A stretch of DNA of 64,000 nucleotides. Source: Nitrospirales bacterium. Its GTDB lineage: Bacteria > Nitrospirota > Nitrospiria > Nitrospirales > UBA8639. A program made the position numbers and the translations under genes. The stretch covers positions 2,112,001-2,176,000 of the forward strand of contig OY729426.1 of the NCBI GenBank assembly GCA_963422365.1, written 5' to 3'. This document shows positions 20,488 through 30,966 of this stretch, piece by piece (position 1 is the first letter of the stretch; each line of letters begins with the position of its first letter). Under the pieces are notes generated by a model. It saw only the letters and a program-made list of their open reading frames with translations. It searched no databases and had not been told where the DNA came from.

Positions 20488-20919
20488 TTATTGGGTAATG
20501 ATGGTAAAACGAATGAAGCCTTTGGTCACGTGACCATCGGTCGCTAATACTTTGTACTCCACGTTGTAGACACCTGGTTGTAACGGTGGAATTTTTGCCA
20601 CAATCGTATCCACTGTTGAAGCATTCGTGACGCCTAGCGGAGTGCAGACTTCGTGCAAATCAACAAGGTTCACTTGAGTAATGGAAGGTTCGAGGGTAGC
20701 ATTGAAATGCAAGACAACCCGGTTGGGGCTAGCTTGTAAAACAGACCCATGTATCGGGAAAGATTCCAGCAAGACTCCATGAGACCACACCATTTGAGAA
20801 AGGACCAGGCACAGCACGAGGGCACACGGCACAAGGCTCAGGCTACGACAGCGGTTCCGAGAGGCGACAGGCAACTTCGACACCATTGAGCGAAAGATGG
20901 TCAATTGTGAACCATGCAA
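20488..20919 (-). CDS. copC: Periplasmic copper-binding CopC
   Basis: Mature N-terminal HGVLLESFP and YKVLATDGHVTKG. Confidence 0.92.
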   Translation of the reverse strand: MHGSQLTIFRSMVSKLPVASRNRCRSLSLVPCALVLCLVLSQMVWSHGVLLESFPIHGSVLQASPNRVVLHFNATLEPSITQVNLVDLHEVCTPLGVTNASTVDTIVAKIPPLQPGVYNVEYKVLATDGHVTKGFIRFTIITQ

Positions 20920-21109
20920 AGCGAAGAGTACTCAAGGGGATCATAAGATTTCAAGACAAGAAATCATCGGATTCCAGACATGGCATTGACCGTTCATCTG
21001 CTACACCGTGTTCCCGTTTTCTCGACTGGCAGGATGGTGAAAAAGGGCAACCCGTATCTGCCGCAGTGCGGGTTGCCCAGGCAAAGAAATAGTTGGTCAA
21101 TCATCGACG

Positions 21110-22129
21110 ATGAGGCATGCCATGTTTCAAAAAATCGCGGCGGTCTTTTGCTTTGTTTCAGGGATGTGCCTACTCACCCATTCCCTGCTTTTGGCAAATA
21201 CATCGGATTTTGCCGAAATTGTGAACGAAGCCAAGCACGGGACTGTGGGCATTCTCAAACAGACTGACGCGCAATCGACTTCACCCAACCGGAGTTCTTT
21301 GTCCGTGAGGGGGTCCGGAATCTATCTGGGAGATGGGTATGTTTTGACCGCCCGTCATGCCACGACGCACCTGGGAGCAGGGGAACACGTCGATCCCCTT
21401 CAGATCTCCGTTATTTCAAGCACGCTGGAAGAATTATCTGCCACGTTAGTCGGTGTCAATCAATTTTTGGACATCGCCCTGTATCGCATCCCCCAAGAAA
21501 TGCGACCTCACGGTCTCTCTGCCAGAACATTCAGTCAGGCTGAGGCATTACCGGGAGAACGGGTATTCACCGTAGGCTACCCGCTGGGTTGGGGGCCAGC
21601 CATGAGCTACGGATACATTGGCAATCCCCATACGTTTTTGCAAACGATTCAATCACGTCTCTTGCAAGTCGACCTTTCAGCCTGTCGTGGCAATTCCGGC
21701 GGAGGATTGTTTAATGCACAAGGAGAAATCGTCGGAGTCGTCCACGCGATCATTCAAACTGAAACGACCCAGGGAGAACGTCGTTGCAGCCGATTTGCCT
21801 TTGCCGTCCCGGGCCCTTTAGTGCACAAAATCGTGACGGCTCTCATACAGGGCAAACCAGTCCACTTTTCAAAACTCGGACTGCAACTCACCGCTGTTAA
21901 AATCGGAAAGCAATGGCACATGGCCGTGGCGCAAGCAATGGGGCCGGCACGACGGGCAGGCTTCAAAAAAGGGGACATTCTTTTGTCTATTGACAATCAG
22001 CGAGTTGACTCGGCAAGCCAATTAAAAAACTATTTGATCGAACAGACACGACCCTTTCAGTCTGTCAGCATTCGAATCCTGCGGGATCATAAAGAAAAAT
22101 TGATACGAGTGATTCTAGGGAAAGCCTAA
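21110..22129 (+). CDS. Trypsin-like serine protease with one PDZ domain (HtrA-like)
   Basis: TARHA, DIALY and GNSGG triad; PARRAGFKKGDILLSID PDZ. Confidence 0.92.
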   Translation: MRHAMFQKIAAVFCFVSGMCLLTHSLLLANTSDFAEIVNEAKHGTVGILKQTDAQSTSPNRSSLSVRGSGIYLGDGYVLTARHATTHLGAGEHVDPLQISVISSTLEELSATLVGVNQFLDIALYRIPQEMRPHGLSARTFSQAEALPGERVFTVGYPLGWGPAMSYGYIGNPHTFLQTIQSRLLQVDLSACRGNSGGGLFNAQGEIVGVVHAIIQTETTQGERRCSRFAFAVPGPLVHKIVTALIQGKPVHFSKLGLQLTAVKIGKQWHMAVAQAMGPARRAGFKKGDILLSIDNQRVDSASQLKNYLIEQTRPFQSVSIRILRDHKEKLIRVILGKA

Positions 22130-22264
22130 GAGAAACGGCCTCTTTGTCCCCCATGCAACCTTTGCGTCGTACGCGCTCCAGCAGGTATCATACAACACGA
22201 TTCGATGCAATCAGAACGAAGCGAATGAGAAAGTGACTGCATCCAGTTTCCGGCCTCAACGGAC

Positions 22265-23179
22265 ATGGCAATGGCAAAGCGTCGTCAATCGCAAAAAGCT
22301 GTCAGTCAGGGAAGTGCTCAGCGTATTTCGCACTCTCCTTCAACTCGCGCGTCGAACCCGAATGCCCCTCTCACCATCGCCCTGCTTGTGCTGACCCTCT
22401 CCGGAATTTTCTTGACGACATACCTCAGTTACGTCGCCTCGTTTGGGACACACCCTGCCTTCTGCAGCGAGGGCTCCGGATGCGATCTGGTCCAAAGCAG
22501 TCGTTGGGCGACTTTTCTGGGAGTACCGATGGCCATGTGGGGCTTATTCACCTACCTTGTGATGGCAACACTAGCTTGGCGTGCCAGGACAAAACCCAAG
22601 AATTGGACGCCCTTGTTATTCATCGCGGTTGGCGGATTTGCCATCAGTGCCTATCTGACCGTGATCTCAGTCGTGGAAATCAAAGCGACCTGTTCCTACT
22701 GTCTTGCCTCATTTTCCATCATCACGACCATCATGATTCTCACCTTCGTGCAACAACCTCCCGACTGGTCAACGTCATTGAAAGAAGCGAGTGTAGTCGC
22801 CGTACTGATCATCGGCGGGCTTCATATCCACTATAGCGGGGTGTTCGACGAAACAGCCGGTCCCGAAGACCCACAACTGCAGGCCTTGGCTATCCATCTG
22901 ACCGACACAGGAGCCAAGTTCTATGGCGCCTCTTGGTGTCCCCGCTGCCAAGAGCAGAAAGCACTGTTCAAGGCGTCCGTAAAACGGCTACCCTATGTTG
23001 AGTGTAGTTCCGGTGGTCGCGGCAGTGTCCGCACGGCACCGTGTGTCGCAAATAACATTCGTAGCTATCCAACCTGGATCATCGACGACCAACGCTACAC
23101 CGGCTTACAGACCCCTCGGGCACTCGCCGGGACCTCTGGCTTCACCTGGAAGGAGTCAAAAAGAGGATCGCCACCTTGA
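22265..23179 (+). CDS. VKOR-thioredoxin-like fusion (disulfide formation)
   Basis: FCSEGSGCDLV, CSYC in the TM region, YGASWCPRC, YVEC, YPTW. Confidence 0.92.
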   Translation: MAMAKRRQSQKAVSQGSAQRISHSPSTRASNPNAPLTIALLVLTLSGIFLTTYLSYVASFGTHPAFCSEGSGCDLVQSSRWATFLGVPMAMWGLFTYLVMATLAWRARTKPKNWTPLLFIAVGGFAISAYLTVISVVEIKATCSYCLASFSIITTIMILTFVQQPPDWSTSLKEASVVAVLIIGGLHIHYSGVFDETAGPEDPQLQALAIHLTDTGAKFYGASWCPRCQEQKALFKASVKRLPYVECSSGGRGSVRTAPCVANNIRSYPTWIIDDQRYTGLQTPRALAGTSGFTWKESKRGSPP

Positions 23180-23308
23180 AGTAAAAGAGTAGCCCGAATC
23201 TTAAGAGAAGATCTTCGGCAGGCAGACCTCAATGCGGTTTCTCTCTGTCACCTCTTTGTCCTGATACTCAGTCGACGATAGCCCACCATCATCAGACAAC
23301 TCAGGTGG

Positions 23309-24259
23309 TTACGTTCCATACTCACGATCTCGGCCATGAGGAGCCGTGAGGTCTTGGATGGGACCAATGGGGACGATCCGAGTCGGATTCAGATCATCAT
23401 GCGTCATGTAATAATGCCGCTTGATATGATCAAAGTTCACGGTTTCCGCAATGCTGGCATACTGATAGAGATCCTTGAGATACCCGAACAAATTCGGATA
23501 CTCGCTAATCCGTCGAAGGTTGCATTTGAAATGTCCATAATAGACCGCATCAAACCGAATGAGGGTGACGAACAAACGCCAATCAGTTTCCAACGGGGCA
23601 TCTCCGAATAAATACCGTTGCAGGGCCAACCGAACCTCCAGGGCATCCAAGGCTTCGAACAACAGATGGATCGCCTGTTTATAGACTTTTTGTGACGTCG
23701 CAAACCCTGCCCGATACACGCCGTCATTGACGTTTTCATAAATATAGTGATTGAGGTGATCGATTTCTTGGTGACGATCTTCAGGATACAAATCAACGTC
23801 ATTGGTTGTGAAGTTGTTAAACGAGCGATTGAACATCCTCATCAAATCGTCATCCGCATTGCTCACAATCCGTTTGCTGACCGTATCCCACAACACAGGC
23901 ACCGTGACTCGTTGGTTATAGTGGGAATCCGTCACGGTATAGGTTTCACTGAGAAACGAAAATCCGTTAATCGGATCGAATGAATGCCCCTGCCCTTCTC
24001 GAAAAGCCCAACCGCGGTCATCGCGAAGAGGATCCACTACGGTCATCCCAATCACGTCTTCTAACTTCTTGAGTTTTCGGACAATGATCGTTCGATGAGC
24101 CCATGGACAGGCGAAAGACACATACAGATGATACCGCCCTTTTTCCGCAAGATACCCAGAACTGCCATCTTCACTCACCCACTCACGGAAGGCGTCCTCT
24201 TGGCGGGAAAACGCGCCTTCCGGAGTTTGTTCTTTAGGGAACTGTGGATCAATGGTCAT
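23309..24259 (-). CDS. Glutathionyl-hydroquinone reductase (YqjG/omega-like GST)
   Basis: YHLYVSFACPWAHR, TVPVLWD, RFDAVYYGHFKCN, HIKRHYY. Confidence 0.95.
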   Translation of the reverse strand: MTIDPQFPKEQTPEGAFSRQEDAFREWVSEDGSSGYLAEKGRYHLYVSFACPWAHRTIIVRKLKKLEDVIGMTVVDPLRDDRGWAFREGQGHSFDPINGFSFLSETYTVTDSHYNQRVTVPVLWDTVSKRIVSNADDDLMRMFNRSFNNFTTNDVDLYPEDRHQEIDHLNHYIYENVNDGVYRAGFATSQKVYKQAIHLLFEALDALEVRLALQRYLFGDAPLETDWRLFVTLIRFDAVYYGHFKCNLRRISEYPNLFGYLKDLYQYASIAETVNFDHIKRHYYMTHDDLNPTRIVPIGPIQDLTAPHGRDREYGT

Positions 24260-24462
24260 GCATTCCTTCCTCGAGGGCAAACGCTTTGTGCCCAGGAGCA
24301 CTATCATAAAAGGCAGGGCCTCCTCCGAACAACTTGATGCATGATTCCGACATTCGCCGCGAAAGAATCGGCGGCGCAGCAGACTGAGGGTGAAAATCCT
24401 GGCTGGATTAGTGTAAGCTGGTCAGTCACGAGCCACAATGAGCGGAGAACGAAAAACCTCAT

Positions 24463-25110
24463 ATGGAATTTAACGAAAAACCCATTCAAGCCAAACAAAA
24501 AATGGCTCAGCACCGCCGTGAGATCTCAGGGCGCGAAGTTGACGAGGCGTATCAAGATGATCGAGTCCCGCCAGGACAGCATATCGTCAATAATTGGCCC
24601 GTGCTGGACATTGGTCGAAAACCTCATGTTTCACTTGAGGAATGGAGGCTCGCGGTGGATGGGTTGGTTGAGCATCCCCTCACGTGGACCTGGAAAGATT
24701 ATCACGCTCAGCCACAGCAGCCGTTTACATCCAATTTCCATTGCGTGACCTCCTGGAGCCAGCTTGATATGGAATGGGTCGGGGTGAGTTTTCGGCATCT
24801 ACTCAGCCTGGTACACCCCAAGCCGGAAGCCAAATATGTGCTCTTTGAGTCGTATGACGACTATACGACCAACTTGCCTCTTTCGGTCTGCGACGACGAG
24901 GATGTCTTTCTTGTCCATTCCTGGAATCACAGGCCGCTGTGGAAAGATCATGGGGGACCGGTTCGCATGATTATCCCCAAACGGTATGCATGGAAGGGGG
25001 CCAAATGGATCAGAACCATCACCTTCGTGGAAAAAGACCAAAAAGGGTTCTGGGAAGTACGCGGTTATTCCAACACCGCCTTGCCGTGGGAGAATGATCG
25101 GTATGGATGA
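24463..25110 (+). CDS. Molybdopterin-dependent sulfite-oxidase-family oxidoreductase (cytoplasmic, YuiH-like)
   Basis: RVPPGQ, FHCVTSWS, HGGPVR, YAWKGAKW, GFWEVRGY; no Tat signal. Confidence 0.92.
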   Translation: MEFNEKPIQAKQKMAQHRREISGREVDEAYQDDRVPPGQHIVNNWPVLDIGRKPHVSLEEWRLAVDGLVEHPLTWTWKDYHAQPQQPFTSNFHCVTSWSQLDMEWVGVSFRHLLSLVHPKPEAKYVLFESYDDYTTNLPLSVCDDEDVFLVHSWNHRPLWKDHGGPVRMIIPKRYAWKGAKWIRTITFVEKDQKGFWEVRGYSNTALPWENDRYG

Positions 25111-25173
25111 TCGATTGTTGTGACCGTTCCTCTCTAGCCCCTACCCTTTTTCCCTTCCGATTCCTCTTATCGA

Positions 25174-25861
25174 ATGACACCTCCACCTCCTTCACCATCA
25201 CCAAAATTGAACTCTGGCCGCTGGATCTTCCCATCAGCGATCCCTTTGTTGTCACGGGCCAACTCCAAATTGCGCAAAATGCCTTCGTACGGCTTACCCT
25301 TCATGATAGCACCATCGGGTATGGCGAGGATCGCCATTTCCCGCCATCACTGGTGAAGATCGTGAGAGCAGTCTGCTGAAGGCCCAAATATTGGGAATTA
25401 TAAGCATGAGGTGACAATCAGCCTCGACTAAATAAAAGTGGGCTATGATGGACGAAGATATTCGACGATTAGAAGCTCTTCATCGTCATCATGCCGATGT
25501 GGCGTTCTTGATCGATCCCAATCAAGGACACACGCGCGAGGAAGCCGCAACCTTCATAAAAGGCATTGACCGGTTTGGCAAAACTCTTCTCCTCGAACAA
25601 CCGCTGGCCAAGGATGATCTTGAAGGCCATGCTAAACTCCAACTCGATTTCCACCTTCCTATTGCCACAGATGAATCGGCACAATCTCTTCACGATCTCC
25701 AAACCATGATTCAGCACCATGCGGCTGGCTACGTCAATATTAAAATTACCAAAAGCGGCTTGGCGGAATGGATCGCCATGGCAACCATTGCAAAAGCTGC
25801 CGGGTCTTCACGTGATGCTTGGCGGAATGGTGGAAACCCGGACGTCATCCTTGTATCTTAG
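25174..25861 (+). pseudogene. Dipeptide epimerase (enolase superfamily) pseudogene
   Basis: LPISDPFVV..GYGE, FPAITGED, KIKVG, DPNQG, EQP, DES and NIK are split across frames; internal deletion and truncated C-terminus. Confidence 0.85.
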
Positions 25862-25961
25862 AATAGAAAAGCTGAAAGGGCATAGTGCTTCATCTCTTTC
25901 ACCTTTCGATTCAACAGAAGGACAACGTGACTAGATGGTTGGAGTCAACTCTATTGCCCTC

Positions 25962-27032
25962 TTACTCGTGGGCAGGGCCCAGGGCGCCAAGGTAGGGAAA
26001 CTCACCGACGTGTAGGAGGGGGGAATTGGCTTGCAGCCGGTAATCTCCACGATGCGGCGCGACAAAGTGGGGAGAGACATAGACATCTGAAAAGGTATGG
26101 GGTTCGAATGGAGCTAATACGGAGTGGCCATCGACTTGATACTTGACCCCCATCGTATTCAGCCCATTATGCGCAATGGTCACGGTATTCTTGGCTGACC
26201 ACGCAATCCCCACTCTGGCTTCGTCAATAATATTGCCTGCAACCCTCCCCGTTGCCTCGTCTTGAAACTTGACGCCTCCCCCATTCTTTACAAGGGTATT
26301 CTGAATCAGGGTCGCTTTCCCTTGATCCGCCACCAGGACTCCTTCGAACAAGCTTCGCGTAATGATGTTCCGTTCCAGATGCACGATTGACGTTCCCCCA
26401 ACCGACACGCCATGGTCATTATCGTGGATCAGATTGCCGATCAGCTTGGCTTGAGAATCCGCAAACGCAATGCCCGTGGTTTCGCTGCCACTCACAACGC
26501 AATTCTCAATATGCACATCCCGGACTTGTTGCCCAAAAACAAAACCATTGACTGTGAGGTTCTTTAGGGTCACGCCTTCACCGTTAAAAATACCAACCCC
26601 TAGTCCGCCATGTTGTTGAACGGTCAATCCACGAATTTCTACATTCTTGGCCCCATAGGGCCATTTTCCAATATGCAAGGTCCCCACACGCTTTAATCCT
26701 GCGATAAAAACTTTTTCTTGACCTTCCCCAATCACCTTGAGTCCTTCTTTACTGTGTACCGTGACGTCCTCGGCATAGCGCCCTGCTTTAATAAAGATGG
26801 TATCCCCATTTTGCGCGTGATCGATTGCCTCCTGAATGGATAGAAAGTGGCCGGACCCATCCAAGGCTACAGACCAGGTTGACCCTGTGTCGGACGTTCT
26901 TTCACGAGACCCGCTGAGCTCTTGAGCAAGCACCATGCTTACGCCAAGCAACGCACTCACCGCACCGATGGCAAGAATGGGTTTCATCCAATCCCTTGGC
27001 ATCCAGGGTCTGTTCCTCATTGGTGACTTCAT
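25962..27032 (-). CDS. Secreted right-handed parallel beta-helix protein
   Basis: DGSGHFLSIQEAID..GDTIFIKAGRY, N-I/L repeats, DYRLQANSP. Confidence 0.88.
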   Translation of the reverse strand: MKSPMRNRPWMPRDWMKPILAIGAVSALLGVSMVLAQELSGSRERTSDTGSTWSVALDGSGHFLSIQEAIDHAQNGDTIFIKAGRYAEDVTVHSKEGLKVIGEGQEKVFIAGLKRVGTLHIGKWPYGAKNVEIRGLTVQQHGGLGVGIFNGEGVTLKNLTVNGFVFGQQVRDVHIENCVVSGSETTGIAFADSQAKLIGNLIHDNDHGVSVGGTSIVHLERNIITRSLFEGVLVADQGKATLIQNTLVKNGGGVKFQDEATGRVAGNIIDEARVGIAWSAKNTVTIAHNGLNTMGVKYQVDGHSVLAPFEPHTFSDVYVSPHFVAPHRGDYRLQANSPLLHVGEFPYLGALGPAHE

Positions 27033-27178
27033 TCCATATTCTTCTGTATCTTGCTGTATCTAGGACTATTTATTGAACCCACAGGGGACATACAGGAAGT
27101 GCCTTGTCTTGGTCAAGCTTGCGGCCTTCCATCCACGACTTTCGGAGATCGGTAAAATTTTCTATACTAGGAAATGTC

Positions 27179-27823
27179 ATGGTACTGGTAGGCTTAACAG
27201 GAGGGCTCGCTTCTGGAAAAACGACGGTGGCAGGCCTGTTTCAGGAATGCGGCGCATTCGTCATTCAGGCCGATGAATTAGCCCGCACCGTGGTGGCACC
27301 GGGTAAACCCGCCTGTCAAGAGATTGTCAACACATTTGGGACTCACGTCCTTCAAGCCGATCGCACGCTGAATCGAGGCACCTTAGCTAAACTGGTTTTT
27401 CATAATCCTCGAAAATTGTCGGCCCTTAATCGCCTCGTGCATCCTCGCGTTGCACGTGAACAAGTTCGGCAAACCAACGCCATCGCAAGACGACATCCGA
27501 ATGCCGTGATCATTTACGATGCAGCGCTCTTGATTGAAGCCCAGGCACATGAACGAATGGATCGCGTCCTGTTGGTGACAGCCAATCAGACGACACAACT
27601 TCAACGGGCTCGGCAACGAGATGGCCTGACCCAAAAAGAGGCATTGGGACGAATTCGTGGGCAACTGCCCTTGCGCACCAAGCGTCGATTTGCGGATTAT
27701 GTCTTGAATGGCATGTTGCCGATTTCTCAGCTCAGGCTACAGGTGCGACAGATCTATCAAGAACTGCGTCAAGAGGCTGTCTTGCCGCACCGGACACAAC
27801 CAAGCAGGCCACGTCACGCCTAA
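27179..27823 (+). CDS. coaE: Dephospho-CoA kinase
   Basis: VGLTGGLASGKTT, HPRV, DAALLIE. Confidence 0.95.
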   Translation: MVLVGLTGGLASGKTTVAGLFQECGAFVIQADELARTVVAPGKPACQEIVNTFGTHVLQADRTLNRGTLAKLVFHNPRKLSALNRLVHPRVAREQVRQTNAIARRHPNAVIIYDAALLIEAQAHERMDRVLLVTANQTTQLQRARQRDGLTQKEALGRIRGQLPLRTKRRFADYVLNGMLPISQLRLQVRQIYQELRQEAVLPHRTQPSRPRHA

Positions 27824-27840
27824 CTATTTTCACTTGCCTC

Positions 27841-28773
27841 ATGAAGGATACCGTTATGCACCATGTTGTCATTATTGGATCGGGCCCTGCAGGACTTACG
27901 GCTGCTATTTACACGGCTCGGGCCAATCTCTCTCCGCTCATGATTGAAGGTTCGCAAGCCGGCGGGCAACTCACGTTAACGACTGACGTTGAAAATTTTC
28001 CCGGCTTCCCCACGGGCATCATGGGGCCGCAATTAATTCAAGATATGCGTGTCCAAGCAGAACGATTCGGCACGATGTTTCAGGCGGCTGACGTGACCAA
28101 TGTCGACCTCAGCCACCGACCCTTTGTTTTAACGATTAATGATGAAGACACGATTGACGCCCAATCGCTGATTATTTCTACCGGCGCTTCGGCAAACCTC
28201 TTGGGACTGGACTCGGAAAGTCGACTCCTCGGGCACGGAGTTTCGACGTGTGCCACCTGCGACGGGTTTTTCTTTCGGGGTCAGCCTATTGCCGTCATCG
28301 GAGGCGGCGACAGCGCAATGGAGGAAGCCACGTTTTTGACGAAATTCGCTGACCACGTGACCATCATTCATCGTCGAGACAAACTTCGGGCGTCAAAGAT
28401 CATGCAAGACAAGGCCATGACCAATGAAAAAATTTCGTTCCGTTGGAATTCGGTGGTGGAAGACGTGCTGGGCGATGGCGTGGTCACAGGGCTTCGCCTT
28501 CGGGATAGCGTCACCAATGACACGGAGACTCTGGACTGCACAGGGGTGTTTGTGGCAATCGGGCATACGCCCAATACGCATATTTTCAGGGGACAAATCG
28601 AGATGGATGCCAACGGCTACATTCGAACATCACATGGTACGGCAACGAATGTCCCCGGCATCTTCGCTGCCGGGGATGTCCAGGACCCTCACTATCGACA
28701 AGCGATCACGGCCGCCGGCACCGGATGCATGGCCGCAATGGATGCCGAACGGTTTTTGGAGGCCGAAGGGTAA
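27841..28773 (+). CDS. trxB: Thioredoxin reductase
   Basis: IIGSGPAG, CATCDG, GGGDSAMEEA, YRQAITAAG. Confidence 0.98.
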   Translation: MKDTVMHHVVIIGSGPAGLTAAIYTARANLSPLMIEGSQAGGQLTLTTDVENFPGFPTGIMGPQLIQDMRVQAERFGTMFQAADVTNVDLSHRPFVLTINDEDTIDAQSLIISTGASANLLGLDSESRLLGHGVSTCATCDGFFFRGQPIAVIGGGDSAMEEATFLTKFADHVTIIHRRDKLRASKIMQDKAMTNEKISFRWNSVVEDVLGDGVVTGLRLRDSVTNDTETLDCTGVFVAIGHTPNTHIFRGQIEMDANGYIRTSHGTATNVPGIFAAGDVQDPHYRQAITAAGTGCMAAMDAERFLEAEG

Positions 28774-29954
28774 TGCCCTATGCCTTGGTTCACTATCATG
28801 AGCTAGCGCTCAAGGGCCGCAACCGCGGATTTTTTGAACACCGATTGATTCACCATCTCCAAAACTCTCTTAAAAAGACGAACGTCACCGAAATCAAATC
28901 GCTTTCAGGTCGTATCAGGATAACCTTTACGAACAAGTCATCCTGGGAGGACATTCAGGATCGCATTCGTCATACCTTTGGCGTGGCGAATTATTCCTTG
29001 GCCTATTCCCTTCCGATCGACTATGACCCACCCGATATCAAACCACTTTGCGAAGCCATTGAAGCCGCCCTTCAATCGAAAACGTTTGAGACTTTTCGTG
29101 TCACAACGAAACGCGCAGATAAACGGTTTTCAAAGACCTCTATTGCACTGAACAGAGAAATAGGCGCGTACTTGTGTGCCGTGACAGGGAAACGGGTGCG
29201 TCTCAATGCAGCAGACATCAATATTGTCGTTGAAGTCGTCGATCACACCACCTACTTCTCGCTCGTTAAATACCCGGGGCCCGGAGGACTCCCCACGGGC
29301 ATCAGTCGCAACGTGCTCTGCCTCATTTCAGGAGGCATCGACTCACCGGTGGCCGCCTATCGGATAATGAAGCGGGGCTGCAAGGCCATTTTTGTTCATT
29401 TTCACAGCCGGCCTTATCTTTCACGAACCTCTGAAGAAAAAGTCCGCGATCTCGTCTCCCTTCTCACGCGCTATCAATTAGCAACTCGCTTATACCTCGT
29501 CCCGTTTGGGGAGCTTCAACGCAAAATTGTCGTTGGCTCTCGCGCTTCTATTCGAGTTGTCCTCTATCGGCGGATGATGATGCGAATTGCGGAGCAACTG
29601 GCCGAAAAAGAACACTGCTGGGGTTTGGTCACCGGTGATAGTCTCGGGCAAGTCGCCTCCCAAACCGCAGAAAATCTCCAAACCGTGAGCCAAGTGGCTC
29701 ACCTCCCTATTCTTCGTCCATTGATTGGCATGGACAAACTCGAAATTACCAACGAAGCCCAACGAATCGGAACCTTTGAAACGTCTATTGAACCGGATCA
29801 AGATTGTTGTACGTTGTTTGTTCCACGTCATCCAAATACGCGCTGTCAACTCGACACCATCCAACAAGCCGAAAATCTGCTGCCTATCCAGGAGATGGTC
29901 CAGGAAGGGATGGAAACCGCCGAACTCGCCGAGTTTTCTTTTCATGATTCCTAG
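28773..29954 (+). CDS. thiI: tRNA 4-thiouridine synthase ThiI (short form, no rhodanese domain)
   Basis: ELALKGRNR, THUMP region, SGGIDSPVA PP-loop, GDSLGQVASQT, DCC; TAATG overlap with trxB. Confidence 0.96.
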   Translation: MPYALVHYHELALKGRNRGFFEHRLIHHLQNSLKKTNVTEIKSLSGRIRITFTNKSSWEDIQDRIRHTFGVANYSLAYSLPIDYDPPDIKPLCEAIEAALQSKTFETFRVTTKRADKRFSKTSIALNREIGAYLCAVTGKRVRLNAADINIVVEVVDHTTYFSLVKYPGPGGLPTGISRNVLCLISGGIDSPVAAYRIMKRGCKAIFVHFHSRPYLSRTSEEKVRDLVSLLTRYQLATRLYLVPFGELQRKIVVGSRASIRVVLYRRMMMRIAEQLAEKEHCWGLVTGDSLGQVASQTAENLQTVSQVAHLPILRPLIGMDKLEITNEAQRIGTFETSIEPDQDCCTLFVPRHPNTRCQLDTIQQAENLLPIQEMVQEGMETAELAEFSFHDS

Positions 29955-30007
29955 TCTTCTGTTCGCTCCTCGACTTGTCCTGTCGTGTCGCCGCCTTCTT
30001 CTAGAAA

Positions 30008-30030
30008 GGCCGCATGAGATGCGGCCCTAC
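30008..30030. repeat. GTAG-type REP palindrome
   Basis: GGCCGCATGAGATGCGGCCCTAC; differs by 1 nt from the copy at 56274. Confidence 0.8.
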
Positions 30031-30150
30031 AGGACGAAAAAAAGGACGTCGACACCTTTGGTTCGTTGACAAGACTTTGACTCGGTCGATATAGTACTCT
30101 TCGCTTCTTAACCCTTTCTTTTCACTCACCTCTTCAACTCGAAAGCCATC

Positions 30151-30966
30151 ATGTCTGATTCTATTACACCCTTTACTTTGAACCAAATCGGGTATAAATC
30201 CGTTCGTTTTTCCAGTAAAGGAATTTTTGATACCCATAAAGACCAAATGGTCGACCCCTATGCCGCCACGAAGATCCCAAAAGAACATCAAGTCCAAGGC
30301 CTTCAGTTTTGGCCACAAGAAAAGGGGAAATTCCCTTCTGTTGTTCTGCTTCACGGAAAATGGGGGTTAACGCCGGACTCAAAAGAGTTGGCCATGCGAC
30401 TGGCCTGTGAAGGCTATGTGGTCATGGTCCCCAACTTGTATGGCCGACAGGGCGGCATGGTCACGGCCAATGCCGAGGTGGCCGATGCTCTCTCAGAAAG
30501 AATTGACCTCACGACAGTCCTGCAGGATATCAATGCATCATGCGAATTTCTGAATGCGAATCTACCCGAAGACCCTAATATGGAATTTACGCTGCGGAAC
30601 GCGCATGCCGCAGTGGGATTAGGCTTGGGCGGAACCTTAGCCCTCCTCTTTGCCCTCAAACGAAAGCGGTTGCGAGCAGCCGTTTCCTTTTACGGGAAAC
30701 TTCCCGACCCTCTTGACTCAATCAAGAATATGTATTGCCCTTTCCTGTATCATGCTGCTGAAGTGGATGATACCGTGACAGCCGAGGGCCTTGCACAACT
30801 GACAAAAATCTCACAGGAATCTGGGAAAACCGTAGAAATGCGCCAATATCCCGGCACCAGCAATGGGTTCTGCGACCAAGTGCAGCCCGCCCTCTACAAT
30901 GAATCAGCAGCCAAGCAAGCTTGGGACGACACCATCTCGTTTCTCAAAAAGCAATTACCCCTTTAA
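30151..30966 (+). CDS. Dienelactone hydrolase family protein (catalytic residues altered)
   Basis: PSVVLLH..WGL, RLACEGYVVMVPNLY, AAVSFYG, AWDDTISFL. Confidence 0.88.
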   Translation: MSDSITPFTLNQIGYKSVRFSSKGIFDTHKDQMVDPYAATKIPKEHQVQGLQFWPQEKGKFPSVVLLHGKWGLTPDSKELAMRLACEGYVVMVPNLYGRQGGMVTANAEVADALSERIDLTTVLQDINASCEFLNANLPEDPNMEFTLRNAHAAVGLGLGGTLALLFALKRKRLRAAVSFYGKLPDPLDSIKNMYCPFLYHAAEVDDTVTAEGLAQLTKISQESGKTVEMRQYPGTSNGFCDQVQPALYNESAAKQAWDDTISFLKKQLPL

